A DNA stretch of 64,000 nucleotides, from the NCBI RefSeq assembly GCF_011386835.1, contig NC_088798.1:25358001-25422000 (forward strand), written 5' to 3'. Every line of letters begins with the position of its first letter. Position 1 is the first letter of the stretch. The notes under the pieces were generated by a model. That model was not told where the DNA came from. It did no database searches and saw only the letters and a list, made by a program, of their open reading frames with translations. Position numbers and translations under genes: made by a program. This DNA is from Chrysemys picta bellii. Lineage: Eukaryota. Shown piece by piece: positions 11,161 through 23,649 of the stretch.

Positions 11161-14100
11161 TTGGTGTTTATTATTTGAAGGAACCTTTGAAATTAGAAAA
11201 TAACATTAACGTTAAAAGGATTCATTCCATATGAAGAGAAATTCTTGTTGCACTACTGTAGAATTAAAATTAATAGGAGGTCTGGTTTCTATTAGTTAAA
11301 TATGACACACTATAATAACATATCTCAGCTTGACAGCGAGTACAGAGTGTTTATTCTTTCATGGAGACACAAGCCACTATATCAAACCTTCTTTCCACTT
11401 CTCCAAGTGAAGGAACTTATTTAAACTTATTAAACCATTTAAAGTGTGCTGCTTGTGCACTGAGCAGTGATGCTGTGAAAATGCCATTGTGGGGATTCTT
11501 GTTTATTGTGTCTCAGTGACTCAAGATCAGATTTGTTCCATTTACAAGTAGTAAGGATGTTACTATCTGCCATTCCTGCAAACACACTCAGGGATTTGAA
11601 AAGCAACGGGGTCTCTCTCCCATTTGCTTATCATCACCAGCAACCTTGATCCAGCTGGGCGGTGTCGCAGGTGTAGTCAGGGGTAGTTGTCAAAGGAAGC
11701 ATCAGATTTGTTTCATATTTTAAATAACGAGGATCATGCACTGATTTAAATGCAATTAACATAGCACAGGATTTGAAGGTGGGGTCACATCAAAGCTTGC
11801 CACTAGCTCTGCATTACATATTTCCTTAAACTCCTAAACATCCTGAAATGGACTGTTCCATTGGGATGTCCAAGTTCATTCTGTGTATTCACTCTGTAAG
11901 TGACAGAACGGAGTCCTCAGTCCAAAGCCTCATAATATATTTTCTTGCAACTGAACAGTCATTTCCTATCAGCTTCTTTTTATCTACATATCCTATTCTG
12001 TTCTTTTATTCTTTTCGGCTTTCTGCACTGCGCCCATTCCCATTGTATCTAATGCCTGCAAAAGGACCCGTCTTCTGAATCTTGGAACTTAATGGTGCTA
12101 GTCAGATACATGTAGCAGAATAAAAGGTGGGCTAGTTTGTCTCATTTTATATCTTAGTGAATGAAATAAAAACATCTTGGTCAAACAGACCATAAGCCAG
12201 GTATTGTCTCTTTTCTGTGTTCGTGCAGCCTCAGCACAATGAGTCTCCATTCCTGTTTGTGGCCCTAGGGTGCTACTATAATATAAACATTTAATAATAA
12301 CTTTAACAAATTTTAGTCCTTCCAGCATCTGAAAAAGGGAGATTTAAATGACATTCTCTGCAAGAATGTAAGTTCTTATGTAGCTTTATGTACTATTTGC
12401 TGTTCACCTACCTGTCCCCTGGCTGGCCGCATTTCCTTCTTTCAGATTTTTGGTGCAAGAAAAATATGTGAAATAGACATGGGTTGTTTTTCACTGTGCC
12501 ACTGCCCTTTCTGGGATGAATCAGAACTGCTTAGCTGTGTCTCATAGGCTTTATACAGCTGATAGCTGAAGAGGATTCTCCTTTTAGCTCAAGTGATAAA
12601 GGGCCTTTGCCTTCTCAGGCAGGAGAAAGTGAATTCTGTCTCTGCTGCCATTTGACATTCCAAGTGCAGATGGTGTGCAATAGAATAACAACTATGGAGT
12701 CCTAAGTGGCCACAGATTTGTTACAATATTTTTTTTTATCCTGGCCTTTCCTTCTGTTGCCTATTAAAGGGCTGCAGAGAAGTAAGTGGCTTTCGCCATT
12801 TCTCTCCCCCTGATTTTCCCAATATTTCAGTAAGAGTCAATGTGTCTTGTACTAGAGGAAGGAAAAGAGTGATGTTGTGTTACTTTTACCTACATTACCT
12901 ACTTCATGAGACAATGTAACGGGGAAGATAATTTGGGAGCCATATTCATTCAGCTGCTAAATTGATTATAAACTGTATGCTTTGTACAGCTTATGTTCTG
13001 TTCTCCTAAATGAAACAGCTTGTGGCTATTATATTCACAGTACAAGAAGGCTGGATCGCTCTTGAAGCCGTGATAGAAGTTTGCAATTTTAGTAATTGTA
13101 AAGCAAAAACAAAGGAGGTTGTGTCTGTACTCTCTCTTTATTCTCTAATGTGCGTACATTGTGCCATTTAGGTTAGATGGGCCAAAGAACTCAGCATTCA
13201 ATTTTATGATATTTCAGATTTGCAGAGATTGCAAGTGTATATATATTCTAAAACAGTTCAAAGACAGTTATGTGGGACTTTCAGAGATCTTTCTTCTGGA
13301 AAACTCAAATAGAAATGCGTTCACAACAGGCTTTTATATCTAGCAGTTCCCAAATACTACTGAGTATTATATCATCACTAGGGATGAGCGAATACTTTTA
13401 ACAAAAATATTTGTGAATAGTCACTTGAAGAAAAATTTTGAACTTGTTTGTGTTGGCTTCCTGCTCCGATTCTAGTAATCACATTCCCTTGGAGAAATGT
13501 TCAGTGAAAATTAAGTGAATGTTTGAAAGGTAAATAATTTTAAATGTAGAAGTTAACAAAGATAACAAATTGTTTGGGGATGAGTCACAAGCTTTAAAAA
13601 GTTAATATCCATTGTGATTTGTATATACAGCTCTAGTCACTACTCAAACTTCTGTCTATGTTCCTAAAAATCCTGAGATTTTGCTGTCTAGAATTATCCT
13701 ATTATAAAATTATACTAAATTTGCTTCAGAAATATTAAAAATTGCAGAGGTAGTACAGTAAGATTTCTATTTACCAAGTTTCCTTTATTCTTAAGATTTC
13801 ATGTCTTTGTTGCAATATATAGATATATTCCCTGTCCTAGGCTTTGGAAACAATTCCTAATTATTAATCATTGTGACAGAAAGTAACCAAAAGGTGGCAG
13901 CACTCTAATAATTTATTAAAGCTAGTGTTTAAAATCAAGTTTAGACAAGTTAAGGGGGAAGGTACTGTACATTTGAGGTCAGGCTTGAATTATGAGAGAT
14001 TACAAGTATTGGTTACAAGGTTCCCAAGATACATACATAGTACATAACCAGCATAGACCCAGATTGGGGTGCAGGAGTTTTTAAAGCGTCAGTGAATAAG

Positions 14101-17100
14101 TGATCTCGGGTATGTCACCCATAGAATGTATTTAGAGTCCACGTCAGTATTGTAGCGAACAGGTACATGGATGGGGTGCGTCTCTTGGTTTGTCAGGGAA
14201 GGAAGTGGGTTATTTCCCTGACCTGCGGTCTCATTTACTCATCCTAGTACTGACAGTGTCCCATGATGTGCTCCGTATAGATGGACAGCAGATTGGGAAA
14301 ACATGGACAGTAGATTGGGAAGAGTTACTATATTATCAGCACATGGATATTTGTTTTAGTTATCTTTGGTGGGCGGGAGATGAATGGGGGGAGATTCATA
14401 AAACAGACAGGTCAGAAAGAGCTTTGCAGCTTTCATACATAACAAAAAATACAAACTATATTTTCTATTATAAAAATGCAATATGCAGAACAAACACTCT
14501 GAATGTAGGAAATAAAGAACCAAAACTACTCTGATTGTAGTGGCTGGCCACTCCAAGTGGGAAAAGTTTGTTTCTTGTTAATGAAACACAATTTATAAAA
14601 GCTGTAAACTGAACTTATTCTAAAAATAACTCAAATCAAAAGTGCAATTAGCTCTCTACAACCAGGAAGTGAAATCCTAATTGCGGCTGACTCTCTGACG
14701 GAATCAGGCAATCAGCAAAGACACACAGAGAAATGTTCCCTTGTCTCATAATCCAAAAGAGTTAGTAAATCTAACTTTGGAGTTGTCAACCTTGTCAGGA
14801 TCCTTCTGAAGCCAAATAAGCTACTTCATGCCTCTACCCTCCAACCTTCCTGCTGACTTGCATTCAGTAGATGTATTGTTTGTGGGGGTTGGAGACAAGT
14901 CAACAAAGTGATCTCAACAGACGTCATCCAAAGCCCAGTAAAGTCAGAGAAAAGGTTCCCATTGACTTCACTGGATTTTGTTTCAGTCCCAATAAATATC
15001 ACAAGAGTGGCTGAAATTTGGAAATGGACAAAAATGCTGCTACGCTAGATTAATTTAGGGTGGGGAAGTTTTCAGGACATCAGGGTGGCTGGGTAGACAA
15101 TGAGAGCAAGTAGGGGCTGTTTCCCTTTGGGGAAAATTTGGCTTGCATTTTTCTATGTTTAGGAAAGGAACCCCCAATCAGCTTTTAAAGGAAAAAAAAC
15201 TCACCCACCCACCCACACAAAAATCCAAAGCACTGAAACTTTGAAATACTTCCCGAGTCAAATTATGTAACATCTTTCAAGACATAGAAAATCCCTTAGG
15301 AAAAGGTTTCTCATAATCAGGAATTTCCTTACAGGAGATTGCTCAATAATTCTTAAGCAACATTTCCATTATGTCCCTGTATCCATTCACTTGTTCTCTG
15401 TCACAGTATAACCATCTGTTATTGGTCTACTTTGCTATCAGATGTTTGTAAGGTAAATTCCAAGTAGGTACTTGATCCTGTAGATCCCTACTTACACATG
15501 TGGTTCTTTCCTACCCTTGTTCATAGCCCCATTTACTTCAATGGAACTATGGCACTAATATCCTATTTGTCTAATCAATGTGGTACCTGAGTACTGGATT
15601 ATTTGAATAGTTGAAGATTTTTAGGATTGGGCTCCAGCTTGTTCATTCCTTTTACACATTTTCTTTTTTACTTACTGTTTGTTTTTGGTGGCTTAAAGCT
15701 ACATGCTGAAGCTAGACAGTGTGAATAAATAAAGGAAACAAAACCAATGTGTGATTCATATGCTCTTGGCCTCTAAACCATAGTGACTGGTCCAAAGTAG
15801 GCAGGGTGAGCAGTGTCTGCCTTTTTTTACAGCACTCTTCACAAACCTCGGAGAGACAAAGGAAAACAAAAGGAGAAAAGAAGGGACCTGACCCAAAGAA
15901 AACGGTGGGATTTACTTACCCACTTTCCAAATGTCACCAGCTTCTACTACCCTTAAACCTAACCTGCTCTGGTGTTCTAATTACATGACTTCTTGTCACT
16001 GAGCTTTATTTTTTTTTAAAGAAAAACAAATAACAAAACAAAACAAAACATTATCTGTGCCAGTGAAGAATGGTCTACAGCTCCAGAAATTCGAGTCACT
16101 TTTTTTGATCTGCGTTGTTGTTGTCCAGACTGCTACTATGTATGAACGTTAAGGCACATCTTATTGTAATGGGCTTTATTATAACACCACAGCACCTGTC
16201 ACTGTTCTCTCTATCAGTGCAGTGTGATTAACTGTGAGCCAAACCCTGCAGACATTCCTCAGGCAATGGGAGTTTGACTTCAGTGGGAGTTATGCGTGCG
16301 GAACACCTACACCACTTGACCGAACAATATTAGGCGCACACATTCCTCAGCCTTCCTATTAAATAAACAAAATGTTGAGGCTTGTGGTGGATGGGACATC
16401 TGAGTATAACTTTATGAATATTTTCTGAACTTTTCACTGTCAAGTTTTCCCCAGTTTTATTAAATTTTACACGTAGCTATCAGAAAATGCTTTAAAAAGG
16501 AGTGAACAATAGCGAGTGGTGCCCTTTTTGTATCGAAAGAACAGCTGTCCCAATATTCTGCATTTTTGTGGATTGACGATTATTGTTGCACACCCACACA
16601 TACTTCCTGGATATTAATGGGTCTGTTAATAGCCTTACTCACTGGTCATAAATAATATTTATTTGTATTTTCTTTTTTCTATGTTCTTGTCACTTCATTT
16701 GTTGAAACCTACCTCTTTTCTTTTTAATGGAAGATTTTATAGCAGGGGAGAGAGATTGGACTAGCCCATTCATTTTTATTGGGACTTAAAGATTGTTCTC
16801 TTGCTTCTCTTAGGTGGTGTTCCAGCAGGGCCATGTGAAATCCTTGCAAAGCAATCCCAAACCACATGAAACTTGTTGGTTTGAGGTTTTTTAGAAATTC
16901 AAAATTCAGGTTGTGTTAATCAAAAGGCTCAAAAAACTTTCAAACCCTTTGCAGAAAAATGATGCAGAATTTGTGGTTTTGACATCCCACTGGGTGAAAT
17001 TTTACAGGATTTTGCTTTGAGATTTTTGGCTTTGTTTGATCCTGAAACTCAAAGTGAATCTTGGGTATGCAAACCTAATGTGGATCAAAACTAATGGAAA

Positions 17101-17156
17101 TGTTCACGCAAGCCCTAGGAGAAGTGAAACCACTGCATTTTGCACAGCTCTAATTA

Positions 17157-19700
17157 CACTGCTCTACAGCCAAAATGCTTCTGAAATAAATGTAGTCAAA
17201 CTTTACTAATTCTGGGTCACTGAGAACGAAAATGATGCTTAAAATTGTTGATTGCCTCTAGTTTTCAAGATATGCTATTGGGTCAGTATATACGACCCTT
17301 GACTTGGGAATGGCGGAGGATAAGTGAGTTATAAAGGGAAGGGATCTCAATTTAAACCAGACATGACTAAAATACATCTTTGACTGGATCTATGAATAAA
17401 TCTATGACTGGGTTTGGACAGTACTTGCTTTTTAGGCAAAACAATGAATGATGCAATCTGAAGCTGGTATTGCGTCATACATGATATGAATTGCATCATG
17501 TTATTCCTACAAGTCATGGATGATGCAATCATAACGAAGCTTACATCACTCTGCTGAACAAATTGCCCTATATCAGCTCTAGAAATCATACAGTGTCATG
17601 CTCTCTTATTTGTCAGTGTTTGATTTTGCAAAGGGACACATTTCTGTTTAGCCAAAGTGAGCAGAGATGCCTCGTACTTGTGTGAACAGTGCAGATAACT
17701 TCTGCTATGTTTGTGGTGAAGTGACTTTTGCATCACAAAAGCGCAGTATAACCACTATGGTTAAGAAAGCCTATCACCTTTATTTTGGCTGCAAAATTGG
17801 AGATCAGGACAAGAGGTGGGCTCCACACATATGCTGCAACACTTGTGCAACAAATCTTCACCAGTGGTTGAACAGGAAAAGGAAATCTATGCCTTTTGCA
17901 GTGCCAATGATTTGGAGAGAGCCAACAGATCATACCAGCAATTGTTACTTCTGCATGGTGCCTCCAGTTGGGAAAGGTGTGTCAAAGAAGAAAAAGTGGA
18001 CTGTGCATTATCCAAACATTCCATCAGCTAGATGCCCAGTACCCCACAGAGAAGGACTGCCGGTTCCTGATGCACCAGAATCATTCTCACTTGAGTCAGA
18101 TGAGGAAGAGGATGAAACTTCTGGTCATGAACCATCTATGTCACAGGACCCACATTTTCTCCCATCCTCCTCCTCTGAACCACACCTCATAACACAAGGT
18201 GAACTGAATGACCTTGTCAGGGATTTGGAACTACCCAAGAGTAAGGCAGAGCTGTTGGGCTCCAGACTACAGCAGTGGAATCTCCTGGCAGGTGATGTTA
18301 GGGTTTCCATGTTCCGTGACCGTCAAAAGGATCTTGTCCCATTCTTCTTCATGGAAGGTGATCTTGTAGCCTGCAACAACATCGATGGTGTGATGGCAGC
18401 CCTCAACGTTGTTCACGATCCAGATGAATGGAGACTGTTCATTGATTCATCGAAGACGAGTCTTAAAGCTGTTTTACTGCATAATGGCAATGTTTTGCCA
18501 TCAATTCCAGTTGGTCATGCAGTCCATATGAAGGAAACCTATGACAATATGAAACAACTTTTGAGGTGCATAAACTATGACCAACATCAGTGGCAGCTTT
18601 GTGGCAATTTGAAGGTTGTTGCTCTCTTGCTTGGTCTGCAGACTGGATACACAAAGTACTGCTGTTTTCTCTGCAAATGGGATAGTCGTGCAAGAGATTC
18701 CCACTACATCAAGAAAGATTGGCCACTCCGACAGTCATTGGAGCCTGGGAGGAAAAGTGTTCAGCATCCACCACTTGTTGAACCAAGGAAGATTTTGTTA
18801 CCACCCTTACACATCAAGCTGGGTCTGATGAAGAACTTTGTCAAGGCCATTGACAAAACACAAGCAGCTTTCAAGTACCTCCATGGAAAATTTCCAAGGT
18901 TAAGTGAAGCTAAGATAAAGGAAGGTGTCTTTGTTGGTCCTCAGATTCGTGAACTTCTTCAAGATGATGCATTTGACCATGCTCTGCGTGGCAAGGAAAA
19001 GACGGCATGGAAAGCCTTCCAGTTAGTGGCAATAAATTTTCTCGGAAACAACAAGGCAGACAACTACAGGTTGTTGGTGGAAAACCTCCTCAAGGCATAC
19101 AAAAGCCTTGGTTGCAACATGTCACTAAAGAGAAATTTTTTGCACTCTCGTCTAGATTTTTTTCCACTGAACTGCAGAGCAGTGAGCGACGAGCACGGTG
19201 AGCGATTTCACCAGGACATTGCAACAATGGAGAAACGCTATCAGGGCAAATGGAGCCCATCAATGCTTGCAGACTATTGCTGGACAGTGACAAGAGATGC
19301 TCCATTTAATGAATACAAGAGACAAGCCAAGAAGCGCCAAGTAGACACTGAATAGGACTAAACTATGTACAGAATAGTTTTTTGCCTTTTGTTTCATAAT
19401 ACATTTTATTTATATAACCCTTTTGCTGATTTTTCAAGTGTTACATAAACAGGACAAGTGAAATATTATCATGTAAAGCAACCATAAACACATGAAAAGA
19501 CCTAGGTTTACAATTTATGATTAAAACTCTACTATCTACACAATATACATAGACATAAAATGTAAAAACTTAAATATCTTAGAAACAGTAGCCAATCAGT
19601 TGTTTTAATTGTCATGTTTGAATTCAGCACATCAAAATACATAATAAATAGCACATTTTATCTCTGAAGCAGATGACTTCTCAAAAACTGTAGCCCAGTG
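17157..19700 (+). mobile_element. Full-length Chapaev3-type (CMC superfamily) DNA transposon
   Basis: Left end CACTGCTCTACAG; right end CTGTAGCCCAGTG (reverse complement CACTGGGCTACAG, 11/13 match). 3-bp TSD TTA (17154-17156 and 19701-19703). Imperfect subterminal inverted repeats and a single long transposase ORF. CAC termini with a 3-bp TWA TSD fit Chapaev3. Confidence 0.9.
17667..19355 (+). CDS. Chapaev3-like DDE transposase, 562 aa, uninterrupted but probably inactive
   Basis: N-terminal Cys/His-rich zinc-binding module (CYVC, HICCNTC, DHTSNCYFC), acidic linker, WRLFIDSS (D260), LCGNLKV (N314 at the expected second Asp), CCFLC C(2)C motif, LPPLH, SDEHGERFHQ (E512) and a basic C-terminal KRQAKKR. 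Confidence 0.9.
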   Translation: MPRTCVNSADNFCYVCGEVTFASQKRSITTMVKKAYHLYFGCKIGDQDKRWAPHICCNTCATNLHQWLNRKRKSMPFAVPMIWREPTDHTSNCYFCMVPPVGKGVSKKKKWTVHYPNIPSARCPVPHREGLPVPDAPESFSLESDEEEDETSGHEPSMSQDPHFLPSSSSEPHLITQGELNDLVRDLELPKSKAELLGSRLQQWNLLAGDVRVSMFRDRQKDLVPFFFMEGDLVACNNIDGVMAALNVVHDPDEWRLFIDSSKTSLKAVLLHNGNVLPSIPVGHAVHMKETYDNMKQLLRCINYDQHQWQLCGNLKVVALLLGLQTGYTKYCCFLCKWDSRARDSHYIKKDWPLRQSLEPGRKSVQHPPLVEPRKILLPPLHIKLGLMKNFVKAIDKTQAAFKYLHGKFPRLSEAKIKEGVFVGPQIRELLQDDAFDHALRGKEKTAWKAFQLVAINFLGNNKADNYRLLVENLLKAYKSLGCNMSLKRNFLHSRLDFFPLNCRAVSDEHGERFHQDIATMEKRYQGKWSPSMLADYCWTVTRDAPFNEYKRQAKKRQVDTE

Positions 19701-19707
19701 TTATAAA

Positions 19708-20082
19708 TAGACATGTTTCTGAGCCACAGAATTTGGATCTGGATTTGGATCAGAATATTTTCAAAGCTTCTTTTATTTGGATTTGGTGGTTCAGTTTAAA
19801 CCCCTGTATAAAGACAGATTAGAAACATGAGGTTCAGATCTGGGTATTGATGCTAATTTCCTAAAGATGTCTATGTTCAGATATTACGTTCCAGTTCGGG
19901 ATCATCTCTACTTATTGATTAAATATTAATTTGAGCTGCAAAGTTCAGATCTGGATTCTGCTACAAGTCCAAAATTTCCTTAAATTTTGAGTTCCAGATT
20001 AAGTTAGAGTTAGAATCCAAACTTCCACCCAGTGTCAGGCTGGGGAGCTCAGATATGGGTTCCCCATTAAGGCCCATCTCTA
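19708..20082. mobile_element. Old hAT-like MITE with degenerate GGATCTGGATT/GTTCAGATCTGG internal repeats
   Basis: Termini TAGACATG and CATCTCTA. Flanks GTTATAAA and GTAACAAA match at 6/8. Confidence 0.35.
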
Positions 20083-21782
20083 GTAACAAATACAAGTATT
20101 TATAATACGACGACTCAGTGAAGGTAGGTCATTGTTTCCAGTGGTTTCTCAATAGTGCGGCAAAGAAAAGGAAGGGAAGTAGTACTGTTACCTTATCCAA
20201 TGCAAACACAGATTAGGATCCAGATCAGTAATGGAAAGAGGGACACACCCCTTCCAGAGACTGTGGGTTCTTGCACCCCTCCCGATCCAATCATTTCTGA
20301 AGTGGTTTGAATCCAGGATGAAAGAGCAACAACAAAAAATCTTTCCCCTGTGTTCAAGTGCAACTTACCTAATCAAAATCAGCTTCAGCCAGTGCTGCAG
20401 GGGAGAGGGTTGCTCAGGTGCCAGCTATGGGCTCATCACAGAACAAAGCTTTTGTTTGTGTTACATTTATTTCATTGCATTGGCAGTAATAAATCTAACC
20501 CGAGTTATTGTTTGTCACCACAGGCACAAGAACAATGTTAATCAAATAGCTTAATAAATTCAAGCTTACCAAACTGGAACATATTTGCCAGACAGGCTAT
20601 GCCCATAATAAAAATATCCCACATGGATGCAGAATGGGAAATGTACTTGCCAGGTTAGGGTGTACGGAATAGCCATATTCCTTATCAATGAATCTTAACT
20701 ATGTCAGACCATGTGTGATTGGGGAGGGGAAACAAGTGGATGTCTTTGCTAAATGATCAGCAGGGGAAAAAGCTGTGTTTGAATAATGTAAACTGTCACC
20801 ATTAGATTTCAACATTTGAACCCCATTGAGGGGCTGCATACATCTCTGACACATGTTTGTCTGTCTCCAACCTCAGGAAGACAGCGTAGCTTTGGGTCAT
20901 ATTCAGTGGGTTTTCTTAACAACTGGAAGGGCTTGGAACTTAATTAAGAAGAAAACAGAATTTAAGCTTCAGGTTTTTGGAAACAAATCGGTGAGTCAGT
21001 AGCTACGTTTTCTGGGAAATCTGTCACAGAGAGAAGCCAGCTGGCAGAAAGCAGTTCTCTTATTTAGGGAAGTTTAATTTGTTATCCAATATAACCATGT
21101 CTCTGTGGTGTTGACTGTGATGATCATGTTGAAATGTTTGACTGCATCACTAGCGGTCAATGTTTGCCCTTGATGATGGACTGTGGCCCATCAGCCTCAT
21201 AGTGGTGACACGGCTGCTTTTGCTATGCTAAGTAGAGTGGTGAAGATGGGTGCATTGGCTGCAATAGTGAGTTTTGTGTCATCAGCTCTCTTCTTGTATG
21301 TGCCTCCAGTTCCGAAAGATGATGATCTGAAGCTGGATGAAAGCGTAGCTGCACATCTCCCTTCCCACCCCCATAGTTTTTTTTACATACTAGACTCTAG
21401 AGCTGCAACTACTCTAGTAGAGCCCTATGAGGAGGAAGCTACAACTGCGGTTTCTCCCTTGAAATGTGCTCTAAGCTAAGTCCTCACTCAGATTTCACAT
21501 TGCAGCTCATTTGTTACAGAAGGAAGTTTGGGTTAGTAGCTTGATTTGTAGTTTTCTTGTGTCTCCAAACCTCTTACCCTTTTCTCTGGTTGTCTGTTAG
21601 AAAGAACCCTCGCTTAATTTGTTGCAGTTCTCTCTGCACCTAAGCATGGATGGACCATAATTCTTGGGAAACTGGAGACTTTACATTCATACTACATAGT
21701 AGTTCATCTAATTCCTGGTAGCCAAGTGTGTCCACTTTATAGAGATCACCACCCCAAGGGAAATCATAGAAGAGAAATAACA

Positions 21783-22086
21783 GGGGGAACTGGTTGTCTC
21801 AGGGTATTTGTAAGTAGTAGCGAGTTTTCCCCCTGCATCACTGGCTCAAATTGGTTTTGGTTGGTATTGATCAAAAGCTTTTATGATCTGAAAGCTATGT
21901 CTGATGATCCATTCCAGTTCCCACCTATTAATAATCATCACTAACTTTAATAGTAACTAGCATCCTTGTTAGCAATCTCAGCAGAGATACAAAGGATTGA
22001 AGTGGCCACAAAGACTGAACTCCCCGTTCCCTCTACAGATGGCCCGTCAAGGTCAGAATTAAGACACATTGGCAGGGAAATGTGGT
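21783..22086 (+). mobile_element. LF-SINE, near full length and diverged
   Basis: tRNA-like head GGGGGAACTGGTTGTCTCAGGG...ATCACTGGCTCAAAT and body CCTTGTTAGCAATCTCAGCAGAGATACAAAGGATTGAAGTGGCCACAAAGACTGAACT...GGTCAGAATTAAGACACATTGGCAGGG match my recalled LF-SINE consensus. Confidence 0.7.
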
Positions 22087-23498
22087 GATGTCAATCCAGA
22101 ACTTTTCTCAAATACTATATTTGCTCAGTCAGACTCCTGTCTCTAAATCTTTCTGTCTTCACTACTGAATTTCAGCCTTCTGCTATCATTTGTTTCCTTT
22201 CCATCAGTGAATATGAGGCCTTTTTCATTCAAAGGATAGTTTCCATTTAGTTATAAAGTTTTAAAATTATTCTTCCTTTCAAATACAAGGGCAGATTCTC
22301 AGCTAATGAAAATGGTCATACCATCTTTGAGCTCAATTTACACCAGAAGAGAGTCTGCCCTCGGTGCTTTAAATTCAGAAGGAAAATGTTTCTTGAAACT
22401 TGAGAAAGTTTTGCAAGATGCAAATGAAAAACAAAATATTCTAAAGGTTTTGTGAAATCCATATACCCTTGAGTTCTCCCCTCTTCACTGTTAAAGGTCA
22501 CACTTTACATTAAAGATATTCTTAACAGTTTATACATGAATAGCTTTAATAAACAGTTAATCAATTATTATAGAGTCTAGCAGATCAATCTGTTGCTTAT
22601 TACCATGTCTGATAACCACTGATATTGTCTTCTACTGATGTGCTTATAACTATCCATAATACATAGTACTCATGTCTGTAACATGCTTATAATATCTATT
22701 AATAATTTATTATCCCTTTAGAAACGATATATAAATGTACTCTTAATATGTTGTATGACACTTTTTTAATCTTCCTACACATTTTGTTATGTCTAAGTCA
22801 TCGGCTTGGAATTTTTATTTTTAAAGCATAGCTGTGCTTATTGAAATAACCTTGAAAACACTTGAGTTTAGTAGAAGACACAACCTTGGCCCCAATAAAT
22901 ATAATATTTATATATACACATATAGGCGCACACACGCAAGCCATGAAAATATCTCTCCATTATTATTGCAACACTTCTTCACTTCCTGATTGCAAGTGAA
23001 CTCACCAGATCCAGATGCAGTTTCCCCCCTTGGAATTGATTCCCCAAGAGTGAATAGACATAACTTGTGCTGTAAATCTCTAAGCACTATGTATTAGGGC
23101 TGTCTCTGAAAGAAGACTGTGGTTAAAGCACAAAGGTTGAAATGTTCATTTGGTCATGTGAAATTTATCACACTGGTTTAAATTATTCATTTTCTTTTTT
23201 TGTACTTGCATGTTATGGGGTTTCCAGATGTGCATGAAAGAGGGACAGTATTACATACATTACCATTTGCTAGATGTACACTGGCTCATCTACACATACC
23301 AATTGTACTGCTTTTAACTATATTAGTATAGTTAAGTGGTACAACAGCCCCCTGCCCTCCTCCTCACACACAGCAGACACAGTTATATCAGCATAAAGGT
23401 GCATACATTAGTATAGCTTATTCCAAAAGGGAATAGTAATAAACTCTACCAATATGAGCACTTTTATATTGATATAAAAGCTATGTGTTGTTTTGACA

Positions 23499-23649
23499 TA
23501 GGGTGACCAGATGTCCTGTTTTTATAGGGACAGTCCCATTTTTGGGGACTTTTTCTTATATAGGCGCCTATTACCCCCCCCCCCCCCCCCCCGCTCCCTC
23601 CACACACACCCCGTCCCATTTTTTTCACAGTTGCTATCTGGTCACCCTA
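23499..23649. mobile_element. Short hAT MITE (TAGGGTGACCAGA family)
   Basis: TIRs TAGGGTGACCAGAT and ATCTGGTCACCCTA; TSD TTTTGACA / TTTTGATG. Confidence 0.9.

Noticed and set aside
21183-21479. 98-aa ORF; the antisense frame contains ADDTKL, reminiscent of the RT YADD motif
   Set aside because: No flanking RT motifs in any frame, so it is probably coincidence.
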